DNA of 64,000 bases. It comes from Burkholderiales bacterium (GTDB lineage: Bacteria > Pseudomonadota > Gammaproteobacteria > Burkholderiales > SG8-39). Location: positions 408 to 64,407 of the forward strand of contig DASTPE010000079.1 of NCBI GenBank assembly GCA_035762345.1, given 5' to 3'. Position 1 is the stretch's first letter; the number at the start of each line of letters is the position of its first letter. The notes below the pieces were generated by a model. The model searched no databases, was not told where the DNA came from, and saw only the letters and a program-made list of their open reading frames with translations. The position numbers and the translations under genes are program-made. Of this stretch, positions 7,911 to 16,961 are shown one piece after another.

Positions 7911-10900
7911 TGTTGTCCCGTTTCTTCATCGACCGGCCGATTTTCGCGGCGGTCCTTTCCATCTTCGTCGTGCTGGCAGGGCTCGCGTCGATGCGCGTGC
8001 TGCCGATCGCGCAGTATCCGGAGATCGCGCCGCCGGTGGTGACGGTGACCGCGATCTATCCCGGGGCCTCGGCTGCGGTGCTCGAATCCACCGTCGCGGC
8101 GCCGATCGAAAACGCGATCAACGGCGTCGAGAACATGCTCTACATGAACTCGACCTCGTCGGCGAACGGCATGGTGCAGATCCAGGTCACCTTCGAGATC
8201 GGCACCGACATCGACCAGGCGACGCTCAACGTCAACAACCGCGCCAAGCAGGTCGAGCCGCGCCTGCCGCTCGAAGTACGCCGCCAGGGCCTCACCGTGG
8301 AGAAGGGTTCGTCGGCCTTCCTGCAGGTGATCGCGTTCTATTCGCCCGAGGGTCGCCACGACGACGTCTACATCTCGAACTACGTGACGCTGAATGTGCT
8401 CGACGAAATCAAGCGCGTTCGGGGGACGACGCTGGTCCAGATCTTCGGCGCCAAGGACTACGCGATGCGCATCTGGCTCAGGCCCGACCGGCTCGCGACG
8501 CTCAAGATGGCGCCGAGCGACGTGATCGACGCGCTGAACGAGCAGAACCAGCAGTACGCCGCGGGCAAGGTCGGCGAGACGCCCACCGCCGGGCAGCAGG
8601 AGCTCACCTACAGCGTGACCGCGAAGGGGCGGCTCTCCGAAGTTGGCGAGTTCGAGAACATCATCCTGCGTGCAAACGGCGACGGGTCGCTGCTCAGGCT
8701 CAAGGACGTCGCGCGCGTCGAGCTCGCTGCCAAGGACTATAGCTTCATCGGCAAGTACAACGGCCGGCCGGCAACGCTGATGGGCGTGTTCCTCCAGCCG
8801 GGCGCCAACCAGATCGAGGTCGGCAAGGCGGTGCGCACGAAGCTCACCGAGCTTTCGCAGCGATTCCCCGCGGGCTTCACCTACGCGATCCCCTTCGACA
8901 CCACCATGTTCGTCGAGGTGTCGATCCGCGAGGTAGTGATTACGCTGCTCGAGGCGATGCTGCTCGTGTTCGCCGTGGTGTATATCTTCCTGCAGGACTG
9001 GCGCGCGACCCTGATTCCATTCGCCGCGGTACCGGTATCGCTCATCGGCAGCTTCGCGGGGCTCTTCGCGCTCGGCTACTCGATCAATACCTCGACGCTC
9101 TTCGGCATGGTGCTCGCGATCGGCATCGTGGTCGACGACGCGATCGTCGTGCTCGAGAACGTCGAGCGCATCATGAAGGAAGAAGGGCTCGGGCCGCGCG
9201 ACGCGGCGGTGAAGGCGATGCAGGAGGTGACAAGCCCCATCATTGCCATCGTGCTCGTGCTGTGCGCGGTGTTCATCCCGATCGCGTTCCTCGGCGGCCT
9301 GACAGGCGAGCTCTACCGGCAGTTCGCGGTCACCATCTCGATCGCGGTGGTGATCTCCGGCTTCGTCGCGCTCACGCTCACCCCGAGCCTGTGCGCGGTC
9401 GTGCTCAAGAAGGAGCACAAACACGCCGACACCTGGTTCGGCTGGTTCAACCGCGGCTTCGCGCGCGTCACCGACCGCTACGAGAACGGCGTCGCCTGGA
9501 TGATCCGCCGCGGCGGCATCGCCCTCATCCTCTTTGCCGGCATGGTGGCGCTGACGGGCTTTCTCTGGCGCACCGTTCCGGGGTCGCTCGTGCCCGACGA
9601 GGACCAGGGCTGGTACTTCTCGCCGGTGATCCTGCCCGACGGGGCGTCGCTTGCGCGTACCGACAAGGTCGTCGAAGAGGTGAGCGCCGCGATCCGCTCC
9701 AATCCGTTCAACGAGCACGTGATGGCGTTTACCGGCTTCGACTTCGCCGGCGGGTTCGTGTTCCGCGAAAACGCGGCGACGATCTTCGTCACGCAGAAGC
9801 ACTGGGACGAACGCCCCATGCCGGTCGCGGCCCTCGTAGGCGAGTTCTACGGCAAGACCGCGCACATCAAGGAGGGCCTTGCCATCGCCTTCCCGCCGCC
9901 GGCGATCTTCGGCCTCGGCACCGCGGGCGGCTTCGAGTTCTATATCCAGAACCGCGGCGAAGGCGGCGCGAAGCGCCTCTGGGAGGTGACGCAGCAGTTC
10001 ATCGGCGCGGCCTCGAAGAGCCCGAAGATCGCGATGGCGAACACGTTCTGGCGCGCCAACGTGCCGCAGCTCTACGTCGACGTGGACCGCGAGAAGGCGA
10101 AATCGCTCGGCGTGCCGCTCGACGACATCTTCAACACCCTTGCCGCGACGCTTGGCAGCTACTACGTCAACGACTTCAACAAGTACGGCCGCACCTGGCA
10201 GGTGTTGCTGTCCGCGGAGCCGTCGCAGCGCGGTAGCCCCGAGGACGCGGGCGCCGTTTACGTGCGAAGCGAGAAGAAAGAGATGATCCCGCTGCGCTCG
10301 CTCGCGCGCATCGAGTATTCGAGCGGCCCCGGCACGCTCACGCGCTTCAACAACCTGCCGGCGGTGCAGGTCCTGGGGGCGGGCAGGCCGGGGGTGAGCT
10401 CGGGCGACGCAATCGCCGAAATCGAGCGCATCGCGAAAGAGGTGCTCCCGCCCGAGTTCAGCCTGGACTGGAGCGGCGCATCATTCCAGGAGAAGCGCTC
10501 GGGCGGAACCTCGGTCGTGGTGCTCGCTCTCGGCGCCCTGATGGCCTTCCTCATCCTTGCGGCGCAGTACGAGAAGTGGTCGCTGCCACTCTCGGTGATG
10601 CTCGCGCTGCCGTTCGGCACGTTCGGCGCGCTCGCCGCCGTGTGGCTGAGGGGACTGACGAATGATGTGTATTTCCAGATCGGCCTGGTAACCCTGCTCG
10701 GTCTCGCGGCGAAGAACGCGATCCTGATCGTCGAGTTCGCGGTGCTGAAGCACGAGGAAGGACTGTCGGCCTCGGCCGCGGCGGTCGAGGCCGCGCGGCT
10801 TCGCTTCCGGCCGATCCTGATGACCTCGCTCGCTTTCATCCTCGGCGTGCTGCCGCTGGCAACCTCGACCGGCGCGGGCGCGGGAGCCCGCGTGTCGGCC

Positions 10901-11107
10901 GGTACCGGCGTGATGGGTGGGATGCTTGCGGCCACGTTCCTCGCCATCTTCTTCGTGCCGACCTTCTTCAAGCTGCTCACCGACCGTCACCTCACCGAGA
11001 AGCGCTCGAGCCAGGAGATCAAGGAGGAAGCGGCGCATGCGCGCACCGTGACACATGCCCCGGTCCATCGTCCCCGCATCGCCCCGCACGGGGCGGGCGA
11101 CGAATGA
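7910..11107 (+). CDS. RND (HAE1) multidrug efflux permease, AcrB/MexB family
   Basis: Canonical N-terminus MLSRFFIDRPIFAAVLSIFVVLAG. 1065 aa with two large periplasmic loops and 12 TM-like segments. The first 60 codons of the track ORF are spurious. Confidence 0.95.
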   Translation: MLSRFFIDRPIFAAVLSIFVVLAGLASMRVLPIAQYPEIAPPVVTVTAIYPGASAAVLESTVAAPIENAINGVENMLYMNSTSSANGMVQIQVTFEIGTDIDQATLNVNNRAKQVEPRLPLEVRRQGLTVEKGSSAFLQVIAFYSPEGRHDDVYISNYVTLNVLDEIKRVRGTTLVQIFGAKDYAMRIWLRPDRLATLKMAPSDVIDALNEQNQQYAAGKVGETPTAGQQELTYSVTAKGRLSEVGEFENIILRANGDGSLLRLKDVARVELAAKDYSFIGKYNGRPATLMGVFLQPGANQIEVGKAVRTKLTELSQRFPAGFTYAIPFDTTMFVEVSIREVVITLLEAMLLVFAVVYIFLQDWRATLIPFAAVPVSLIGSFAGLFALGYSINTSTLFGMVLAIGIVVDDAIVVLENVERIMKEEGLGPRDAAVKAMQEVTSPIIAIVLVLCAVFIPIAFLGGLTGELYRQFAVTISIAVVISGFVALTLTPSLCAVVLKKEHKHADTWFGWFNRGFARVTDRYENGVAWMIRRGGIALILFAGMVALTGFLWRTVPGSLVPDEDQGWYFSPVILPDGASLARTDKVVEEVSAAIRSNPFNEHVMAFTGFDFAGGFVFRENAATIFVTQKHWDERPMPVAALVGEFYGKTAHIKEGLAIAFPPPAIFGLGTAGGFEFYIQNRGEGGAKRLWEVTQQFIGAASKSPKIAMANTFWRANVPQLYVDVDREKAKSLGVPLDDIFNTLAATLGSYYVNDFNKYGRTWQVLLSAEPSQRGSPEDAGAVYVRSEKKEMIPLRSLARIEYSSGPGTLTRFNNLPAVQVLGAGRPGVSSGDAIAEIERIAKEVLPPEFSLDWSGASFQEKRSGGTSVVVLALGALMAFLILAAQYEKWSLPLSVMLALPFGTFGALAAVWLRGLTNDVYFQIGLVTLLGLAAKNAILIVEFAVLKHEEGLSASAAAVEAARLRFRPILMTSLAFILGVLPLATSTGAGAGARVSAGTGVMGGMLAATFLAIFFVPTFFKLLTDRHLTEKRSSQEIKEEAAHARTVTHAPVHRPRIAPHGAGDE

Positions 11108-12486
11108 AAAGGCTTTCCGTCCTGCTGGCGTGCCTAGTTCTCGGTTGCATGGTGGGGCCGAAATACGAGAAGCCCGCGGTCGAGCTGCCCGAGGGCTGGA
11201 AGGAGACCGCGCCGCGCTTCGCTGAGGATGGGAGATGGTGGCGCGTTTATGGTGACCCTCAACTGGAAGCAACCATCGACGAAGCTTTGGCCGGCAACGC
11301 TGACTTACTGGTGGCGGCGGCGCGCGTGGACGAAGCGCGAGCGCTGCTCGATGAGGCGAACTCGTTCTTCTGGCCGTCGGTGAGCGCGCAGGCGAGCGCG
11401 AGCCGGCAGGAAGTGTCGACGCGCACCGCCACCTTCTTCTCAGGCATCCCGCGCGAGTACAACAGCCACCGCGCGACGCTGAACGTGTCCTACGAGCTCG
11501 ACCTCTTCGGCCGGCTGCGGTCGAATGCGGCGGCGGCGCGCGCCGAGCTCGAGGCGAACGAGGCTTCGCGCGAGGCCGTGCGTCTCGCGCTCGCGGCACA
11601 GGTGGCGAGGTCGTACTTCGCTTTGCGCGCTCTGGATGAGCAGGTCTTGCTCACAAGACGGAATGTTGCGCTGCGCGAAGAGGCGCTCGCGCTGCAGCGC
11701 CGCCGCTTGCAGGGCGGCGTGATCTCGGAGTTCGAACTGCGCCAGCTCGAGGCCGAGGCCGCAGTGGTGCGCGCGCAGCTCCCGCCGCTCGAGCGCGACC
11801 GCGAGCGCGAGGAAGTCGCGCTTTCGGTGCTACTTGGCCGCAGCCCCAAGCAGGTTTTTGAAGGGAATGTGAAAGTCAAAGAAGCGGCTGATGAAACACC
11901 CGGCCCGCCGGCGATTCCGTCCGGCCTGCCCTCCGAACTGCTGCTGCGCCGACCGGACTTGGTAGAGGCCGAGCGTCTGCTCGTTGCGGCGAACGCGCGC
12001 ATCGGCGTGGCGCGCGCTGAAATGTTTCCCTCGATCGCGCTGACTGGCTTCCTCGGCAGCGAAAGCGCAGCGCTTTCGAACCTCTTCTCCGGCAGCGCGG
12101 CTGCCACGTGGCAGATCGCGGCCTCGGTGACCCAGCCGATTTTCCAGGGCGGCCGCCTGCAGGCGCGCACCGAGCAGGCCGAGGCGCGCGAGCGTGCCGC
12201 GGTCACGCAATACCAGCAGGCGATCCGCGCCGCATTCGGCGAGGTGAGGAGCGCGCTCATCGCGCAGAGCCGCGCGCGCGAAAGCTACGAGGCGGAATCG
12301 GCGCGCGCCAACGCGCTCACCGAAAGCCTGCGCCTCGCACGGCTTCGCTATCAGAACGGCGTCGCGAGCCAGCTGGACGTGCTCGATGCCGAGCGCGGCC
12401 TGCTCGCGGCGCAGGTCGCGAGAGTGGATGCGTTGCGCGCGCATCGCGCCGCCGTAGCGGACCTGTTCCGCGCGCTCGGCGGCTAA
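11104..12486 (+). CDS. RND outer-membrane factor lipoprotein, NodT/OprM family
   Basis: Lipobox LVLGC. Two TolC-like repeats. ATGA overlap with the permease gene. Confidence 0.92.
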   Translation: MKRLSVLLACLVLGCMVGPKYEKPAVELPEGWKETAPRFAEDGRWWRVYGDPQLEATIDEALAGNADLLVAAARVDEARALLDEANSFFWPSVSAQASASRQEVSTRTATFFSGIPREYNSHRATLNVSYELDLFGRLRSNAAAARAELEANEASREAVRLALAAQVARSYFALRALDEQVLLTRRNVALREEALALQRRRLQGGVISEFELRQLEAEAAVVRAQLPPLERDREREEVALSVLLGRSPKQVFEGNVKVKEAADETPGPPAIPSGLPSELLLRRPDLVEAERLLVAANARIGVARAEMFPSIALTGFLGSESAALSNLFSGSAAATWQIAASVTQPIFQGGRLQARTEQAEARERAAVTQYQQAIRAAFGEVRSALIAQSRARESYEAESARANALTESLRLARLRYQNGVASQLDVLDAERGLLAAQVARVDALRAHRAAVADLFRALGG

Positions 12487-12737
12487 TGACCACCGCTTTT
12501 TGGTGCGTATTCGGCGCGGTCCTGCTTCCCTACATTTCGTTTGGCATTGCGCGGAACAGGGGCAGGGATGCGCAAGGCCGGCGGCTGCGCGACAACCGCA
12601 ACCCGCGAGACTTCTGGATCGATGCCCTGGCGTTCTACCTCGGTGAGAGGAGCACGCTGCGCTCGTCGCCGCAGTTTGCAAGCTCGGGTTGCGTGCTCGG
12701 GCTATTTATCGTCGCAGGCTTGGGGAGCAACGCATGA
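12486..12737 (+). CDS. MAPEG-like membrane protein, apparently internally deleted (83 aa)
   Basis: The N-terminus MTTAFWCVFGAVLLPY...DNRNPRD and the C-terminus STLRS...CVLGLFIVAG resemble the two ends of bacterial MAPEG proteins, but the middle is missing. TAATG and ATGA overlaps on both sides. Confidence 0.45.
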   Translation: MTTAFWCVFGAVLLPYISFGIARNRGRDAQGRRLRDNRNPRDFWIDALAFYLGERSTLRSSPQFASSGCVLGLFIVAGLGSNA

Positions 12738-13855
12738 AAACACTGTTGATGGTCGGTACGCGCAAAGGCGCGTGGCTGTTCCACGGGGACGCCTCGCGCA
12801 ATAGCTGGCGCCTCGACGGGCCGCATTTCCTCGGCCACATCTTCAATCACATCGTGCTCGATCCGCGCGACCGGCGCACGCTGCTCGCTGCGGCGAAAAC
12901 CGGGCATCTCGGGCCGACGATTTTCCGCTCGACCGACCGTGGCAAGATGTGGAAGGAAGCGGCGCAGCCGCCGGCATTCGCCAAGGCGGCGGACGGGAAG
13001 GGTCGCGCGGTCGACCACACGTTCTGGCTCACGCCCGGCCACGCTTCGCAGAGCGGCGTGTGGTTCGCCGGCACCTCGCCGCAGGGCCTTTTTCGCTCGG
13101 AAGACGGCGGCTCGAGCTGGTCGCCTTTCTCCGCCATCAACGACGACCCGCAGTACCGCGAGTGGATGGGAACCGTGCAGGACGGCACCCCGGACGGGCC
13201 GAAACTGCACTCGATCATCGTCGACCCGCGCGATCCGGCGCACATGTACTTCGCGATGTCGGGCGGCGGAGTGCATGAGTCGCTCGACGGCGGCCAAACT
13301 TTCAAGCCGCTGGTTAAGGGACTGGAGGTGGTGGAGGGCTTCGATCGCGCCAACGTGACTTTCCACGACCCGCATTGCATCCGCATCTGTCCGAGCAACC
13401 CCGACCGCCTCTACCAGCAGAACCATTGCGGCATCTATCGGCTCGATCGGCCTTCGAACGAATGGGTGCGCATCGGAAAGGCGATGCCCAAGCGCGTCGG
13501 CGACGTCGGCTTTCCCATGGTCGTGCACCCGCGTGACGCCGACACCGCTTGGGTCATGCCGATGGATGGCGGCACCGTATGGCCGCGCACCAGCCCCGAC
13601 GGGAAACCGGCCGTTTACCGGACAAAAGATGGAGGAAAGAGCTGGGAACGGCTCGATTCCGGAATGCCCGAAAAGCACGCGTGGTGGACAATCAAGCGCC
13701 AGGCGATGTGCGCGGACTCCGGCAAGCCGGTGGGGCTCTATTTCGGCACGACGAGCGGCGAGCTCTGGATGAGCGGCGACGAAGGGCGCAAATGGAAATG
13801 CATCGCGCGCCATTTGCCCGAAATCTACGCTGTGGAAGCCACGGAATTGGCGTGA
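12734..13855 (+). CDS. BNR/sialidase-like beta-propeller protein (cytoplasmic, function unknown)
   Basis: Track ORF trimmed to MKTLLMVGTRKGAWLFHGD. Repeated S-x-D-x-G-x-x-W motifs (STDRGKMW, SEDGGSSW, SLDGGQTF, TKDGGKSW, SGDEGRKW). No signal peptide. Confidence 0.8.
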   Translation: MKTLLMVGTRKGAWLFHGDASRNSWRLDGPHFLGHIFNHIVLDPRDRRTLLAAAKTGHLGPTIFRSTDRGKMWKEAAQPPAFAKAADGKGRAVDHTFWLTPGHASQSGVWFAGTSPQGLFRSEDGGSSWSPFSAINDDPQYREWMGTVQDGTPDGPKLHSIIVDPRDPAHMYFAMSGGGVHESLDGGQTFKPLVKGLEVVEGFDRANVTFHDPHCIRICPSNPDRLYQQNHCGIYRLDRPSNEWVRIGKAMPKRVGDVGFPMVVHPRDADTAWVMPMDGGTVWPRTSPDGKPAVYRTKDGGKSWERLDSGMPEKHAWWTIKRQAMCADSGKPVGLYFGTTSGELWMSGDEGRKWKCIARHLPEIYAVEATELA

Positions 13856-14109
13856 ACGTCCTGATTCCGAGCCCGCTCCATTCCTACACCGAGCGAGCGA
13901 AGGTGCAAGCCGATGGAACGACGCTCGCGGCGTTACTCGCCGATCTCGACCGTCGCTATCCCGGCATCCGCTTCCGTATGGTCGACGAGCAGGACCGCAT
14001 CCGCCGCCACATGCGCGTGTTCGTGAACGGCGACCAGGTGTTCGAGCTTTCGCGGACGCTCGATCCCGCCGATGAAGTCGTCATCGTCCAGGCGCTGACT
14101 GGCGGTTGA
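13852..14109 (+). CDS. MoaD/ThiS-family ubiquitin-like beta-grasp protein ending in GG
   Basis: 85 aa: VNVLIPSPLHSYTERAKV...VFVNGDQV...VVIVQALTGG*. The GTG start overlaps the propeller stop (GTGA). Confidence 0.75.
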   Translation: MNVLIPSPLHSYTERAKVQADGTTLAALLADLDRRYPGIRFRMVDEQDRIRRHMRVFVNGDQVFELSRTLDPADEVVIVQALTGG

Positions 14110-14152
14110 TCGGCTAGCGGAAAATCTTCTGCGCAGGTAAGGTTCCGCCGCG

Positions 14153-15148
14153 ATGGCGATCGGAAACGCGCGCGCGGCTCTCATCCTTCTCGTTCTCGGC
14201 GCTGCCGTGGGCATCCCCCGCGATCTCGAAGCGCAGGGACAGAAGACAGCGCGCGTCGGGCGCCTGTCTGCGACCTCGGCGGAGACCGACGCGGCGAGCA
14301 TGGCGGCGTTTCGCAGCCGCATGCGCGAGCTGGGCTGGGTCGAAGGCAAGAACTTCACCCTGGTGGCACGCTACGCGGAGGGCCGGGCCGCCCGTCTGCC
14401 CGAGCTCGCCGCCGAGCTGGTGCGCGAGCGCTTCGACGTGATCCTCGCGGGCTCGAGCCCGGGGGCCCTCGCGGCGAAGCGGGCGACCGGTGCCATACCG
14501 ATCGTCATGGTGACCACGGGGGACCCGGTTGTCGACGGCATCGTCAAAAGCCTCGCGCGGCCAGACGCCAACGTGACCGGCGTTACCGCGCTCGGTCAGG
14601 CGCTGAACACCAAGCGGCTCGAGCTGATCAAGGAAGCCGTGCCGGGCGCACGCCGGGTCGGCATGATCATCAATCCCGCGTCGCTTTACACCGCTCGTAT
14701 CTTCCAGGATCGGGAGCGCGCGGCGCGCGCTCTTGCGCTCGACGTCCGGCTGTTCGAGGTGCGCGAGCCGGACAATCTCGACGCGGCTTTCGCCGCAGCG
14801 CGCACCGAGCGAATGGACGCGCTCATGGTGCAGACCAATGCGCTGTTCATCACGCACCGCAAGCGGATCGTGGAGCTGGCGGCGCGCAACCGCGTTCCGG
14901 CGATCTATGGCGAGCGCGAGTTCGTGCACGCCGGCGGCCTCATGTTCTACGGCGCGAGCCTTGGAGACATGTACCGCGAGGCCGCGGTCTACGTCGATAA
15001 GATTCTTAGAGGCGCGAAGCCTGCCGACCTGCCGATCGAGCAGCCGGCGAAGCTAGAGCTCGTCATCAATCTGAAGGCAGCGAAGGCGCTCGGCATCACT
15101 ATTCCGCCCGCCATCCTGGCGCGGGCCGATCGCATCGTGGAAAACTAG
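14153..15148 (+). CDS. ABC-transporter substrate-binding protein (ABC_sub_bind-like), orphan
   Basis: Signal peptide, then RVGRLS...ELGWVEGKNFTLVARYAEGRAARLPELAAELV...IPIVMV...LKAAKALGITIPPAILARADRIVE, the typical pattern of this family. No permease or ATPase gene nearby. Confidence 0.8.
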   Translation: MAIGNARAALILLVLGAAVGIPRDLEAQGQKTARVGRLSATSAETDAASMAAFRSRMRELGWVEGKNFTLVARYAEGRAARLPELAAELVRERFDVILAGSSPGALAAKRATGAIPIVMVTTGDPVVDGIVKSLARPDANVTGVTALGQALNTKRLELIKEAVPGARRVGMIINPASLYTARIFQDRERAARALALDVRLFEVREPDNLDAAFAAARTERMDALMVQTNALFITHRKRIVELAARNRVPAIYGEREFVHAGGLMFYGASLGDMYREAAVYVDKILRGAKPADLPIEQPAKLELVINLKAAKALGITIPPAILARADRIVEN

Positions 15149-15150
15149 CG

Positions 15151-15915
15151 CTAGGTAAACACGTACGCGTCCATCGCGAGCACGCCGCTGTCGATCGCGT
15201 CGTACACGCGCTTGGGCCTGGCGTCCTCGGAGGCGGCGCCGAGCGCGAAGAAGAGCGGAAGGAAATGCTCGTCGGTCGGATGCGCGCGCGCACCGTGCGG
15301 CGAGCGCGAGCGGTATTCGACGAGGCTCTCGACGTCTTTTCGCTTGAGCTTCTCGAACACCCAGGCTTGGAATTCACGCGCGTACGGCTCCGGCTTCCCC
15401 TGCCCGCGCGCCCAGTCGCGCAGGTTGTGCGTCAGGTGGCCCGAGCCGATGATCAGCACGCCTTCTTCGGACAGCTTCCTTACTGCCTTTCCGAGGTTCA
15501 CGTGATGCCGCGGTCCGAGCGCGGGTTGCACCGAGATCTGCACCACCGGCACGTCGGCCCGCGGATACATATATAGAAGGGGCGACCACGCGCCGTGGTC
15601 GAGGCCGCGGCAGCCGTCGATGCCCGCGGTGAAACCCGCATCCTTGAGGAACATCTGCGCGCGCTTCGCGACTTCCGGCGCACCGGGGGCAAGGTAGCGC
15701 AGGCGGTAGAGCGGCTCAGGGAAGTTGTAGAAATCGTGGATCGTCTCGGGCTTTTCCGAGCCTGTAAGCATCGGCAGATTGGTTTCCCAGTGCGCCGACG
15801 CGATGAGGATCGCCTTCGGCTGCGGCAACCGCTCGGCGAGCGCCTTCCACGCCTCTCCAGCCGCTCCCGGCTGGAGGGCGTGCATCGGCGAACCGTGAGA
15901 AACGAAAACGCTCAT
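15151..15915 (-). CDS. class III extradiol dioxygenase, LigB/YgiD (4,5-DOPA dioxygenase-like) family
   Basis: MSVFVSHGSPMHAL...ILIASAHWE...HDFYNFP...VLIIGSGHLTHNL are conserved metal-ligand regions of YgiD-type enzymes. Confidence 0.85.
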   Translation of the reverse strand: MSVFVSHGSPMHALQPGAAGEAWKALAERLPQPKAILIASAHWETNLPMLTGSEKPETIHDFYNFPEPLYRLRYLAPGAPEVAKRAQMFLKDAGFTAGIDGCRGLDHGAWSPLLYMYPRADVPVVQISVQPALGPRHHVNLGKAVRKLSEEGVLIIGSGHLTHNLRDWARGQGKPEPYAREFQAWVFEKLKRKDVESLVEYRSRSPHGARAHPTDEHFLPLFFALGAASEDARPKRVYDAIDSGVLAMDAYVFT

Positions 15916-16529
15916 GCTGCTTTCTTCAGAAGTCCTTCGGCCTGAAGCGCTTCCTGCACTTTGGCCCGGGCGCCCACGCGCTTATGGTACGCGGCGATGT
16001 TCGGCCAGCGCACGAGGTCGATGCCCTGGGACTTCGACCAGCCGATGAGCACGAACGCGTAGGCATCCGCCACGCTGAATTGTTTGCCCATCAGGTACTC
16101 CTTGCCGGCGAGCTGCTTATCGAGCCAGTCGAAGCGCGTGGCGATGTTCTCTCTTGCGATCTTCTTGTACTCCTCGGGCGTGTTCGGCTTGAAGAGCGGC
16201 GAGAACTGTTTGTGGACTTCCGAGGTAAGGAAGTTCAGCCACTCCTGGAGCCGGTAGCGCTCGAATGTCCCCCACTTGGGCGCAAGACCGGCATCGGGCT
16301 TCTGGTCGGCGAGGTACTGCACGATCGCCGGGCCCTCGGTGAGGATCTCGCCGTTGTCGAGCTCGAGCGCGGGAACATAGCCGCGGCCGTTCACTTTCCA
16401 ATAGTCGCCGCCGCCCTCGATGGTCTTGTCCTTGGTGTTCACCTTCTTCAGCTCGACCCGGATGCCGAGCTCCCGCGCAACGATGTGGGGGGAAAGCGAG
16501 CACGCCCCGGGGGAATAATAAAGCTTCAT
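15912..16529 (-). CDS. gstA: glutathione S-transferase (GstA-like)
   Basis: MKLYYSPGACSLSPHIVARELGI...VPALELDNGEILTEGPAIVQYLAD... is collinear with E. coli GstA over the whole length. Confidence 0.85.
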   Translation of the reverse strand: MKLYYSPGACSLSPHIVARELGIRVELKKVNTKDKTIEGGGDYWKVNGRGYVPALELDNGEILTEGPAIVQYLADQKPDAGLAPKWGTFERYRLQEWLNFLTSEVHKQFSPLFKPNTPEEYKKIARENIATRFDWLDKQLAGKEYLMGKQFSVADAYAFVLIGWSKSQGIDLVRWPNIAAYHKRVGARAKVQEALQAEGLLKKAA

Positions 16530-16541
16530 ATAATCAGCCTC

Positions 16542-16961
16542 CTATTGTGTAAGTAAGCGCTTCGTAATCGGGGTTCCGAAAGCGAATCGGCCATCGCCGA
16601 GCAACGCAAGCACAAGCGATGCCGCGATCAGGAATGCCGGGTATTCCCAGCCGCCGTTCGCGGCGCTGAACACCCAGCCGTTGCCGGCATGAACCCAGGT
16701 GGCGCCGAGCAGGATTGGAATCAATGCCAGCGCGACGACGCGCGTGCCGATGCCCGCGACGAGCGCCACGCCGCCGATCAACTCGCCCCAGAACGTTACG
16801 TAGGCAAGCGCGCCCGGCAGGCCGAGCGACTCGAAGAACTGCGCCGTGCCCGGCAGCGTGAAGGTGAAGTACTTGAGCACGAGCGAGTGCGCGATGTACA
16901 TCAGGCCGAGCGAGACGCGCAGAACCAGCGCGGCATACGGGGCGGTGCGGTTATCAATCAT
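16542..16961 (-). CDS. DoxX-family membrane protein
   Basis: 139 aa with four hydrophobic helices and the DoxX pattern (LRVSLGLMYIAHS..., GLPGALAYVTFWGELIGG). Confidence 0.85.
   Translation of the reverse strand: MIDNRTAPYAALVLRVSLGLMYIAHSLVLKYFTFTLPGTAQFFESLGLPGALAYVTFWGELIGGVALVAGIGTRVVALALIPILLGATWVHAGNGWVFSAANGGWEYPAFLIAASLVLALLGDGRFAFGTPITKRLLTQ

Noticed and set aside
7676-9865. 729-aa minus-strand ORF, plus similar long ORFs at 6594..7583, 12635..13813, 20671..21744, 27187..28998, 31457..33100, 45148..46260, 46875..47936, 51731..53704, 48223..49080 and 30381..31394.
   Set aside because: All lie antisense to, or out of frame with, genes that have unambiguous family signatures. Their products are Arg/Ala/Gly/His/Asp-rich with no motifs. 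This is the typical shadow-ORF pattern of high-GC DNA.
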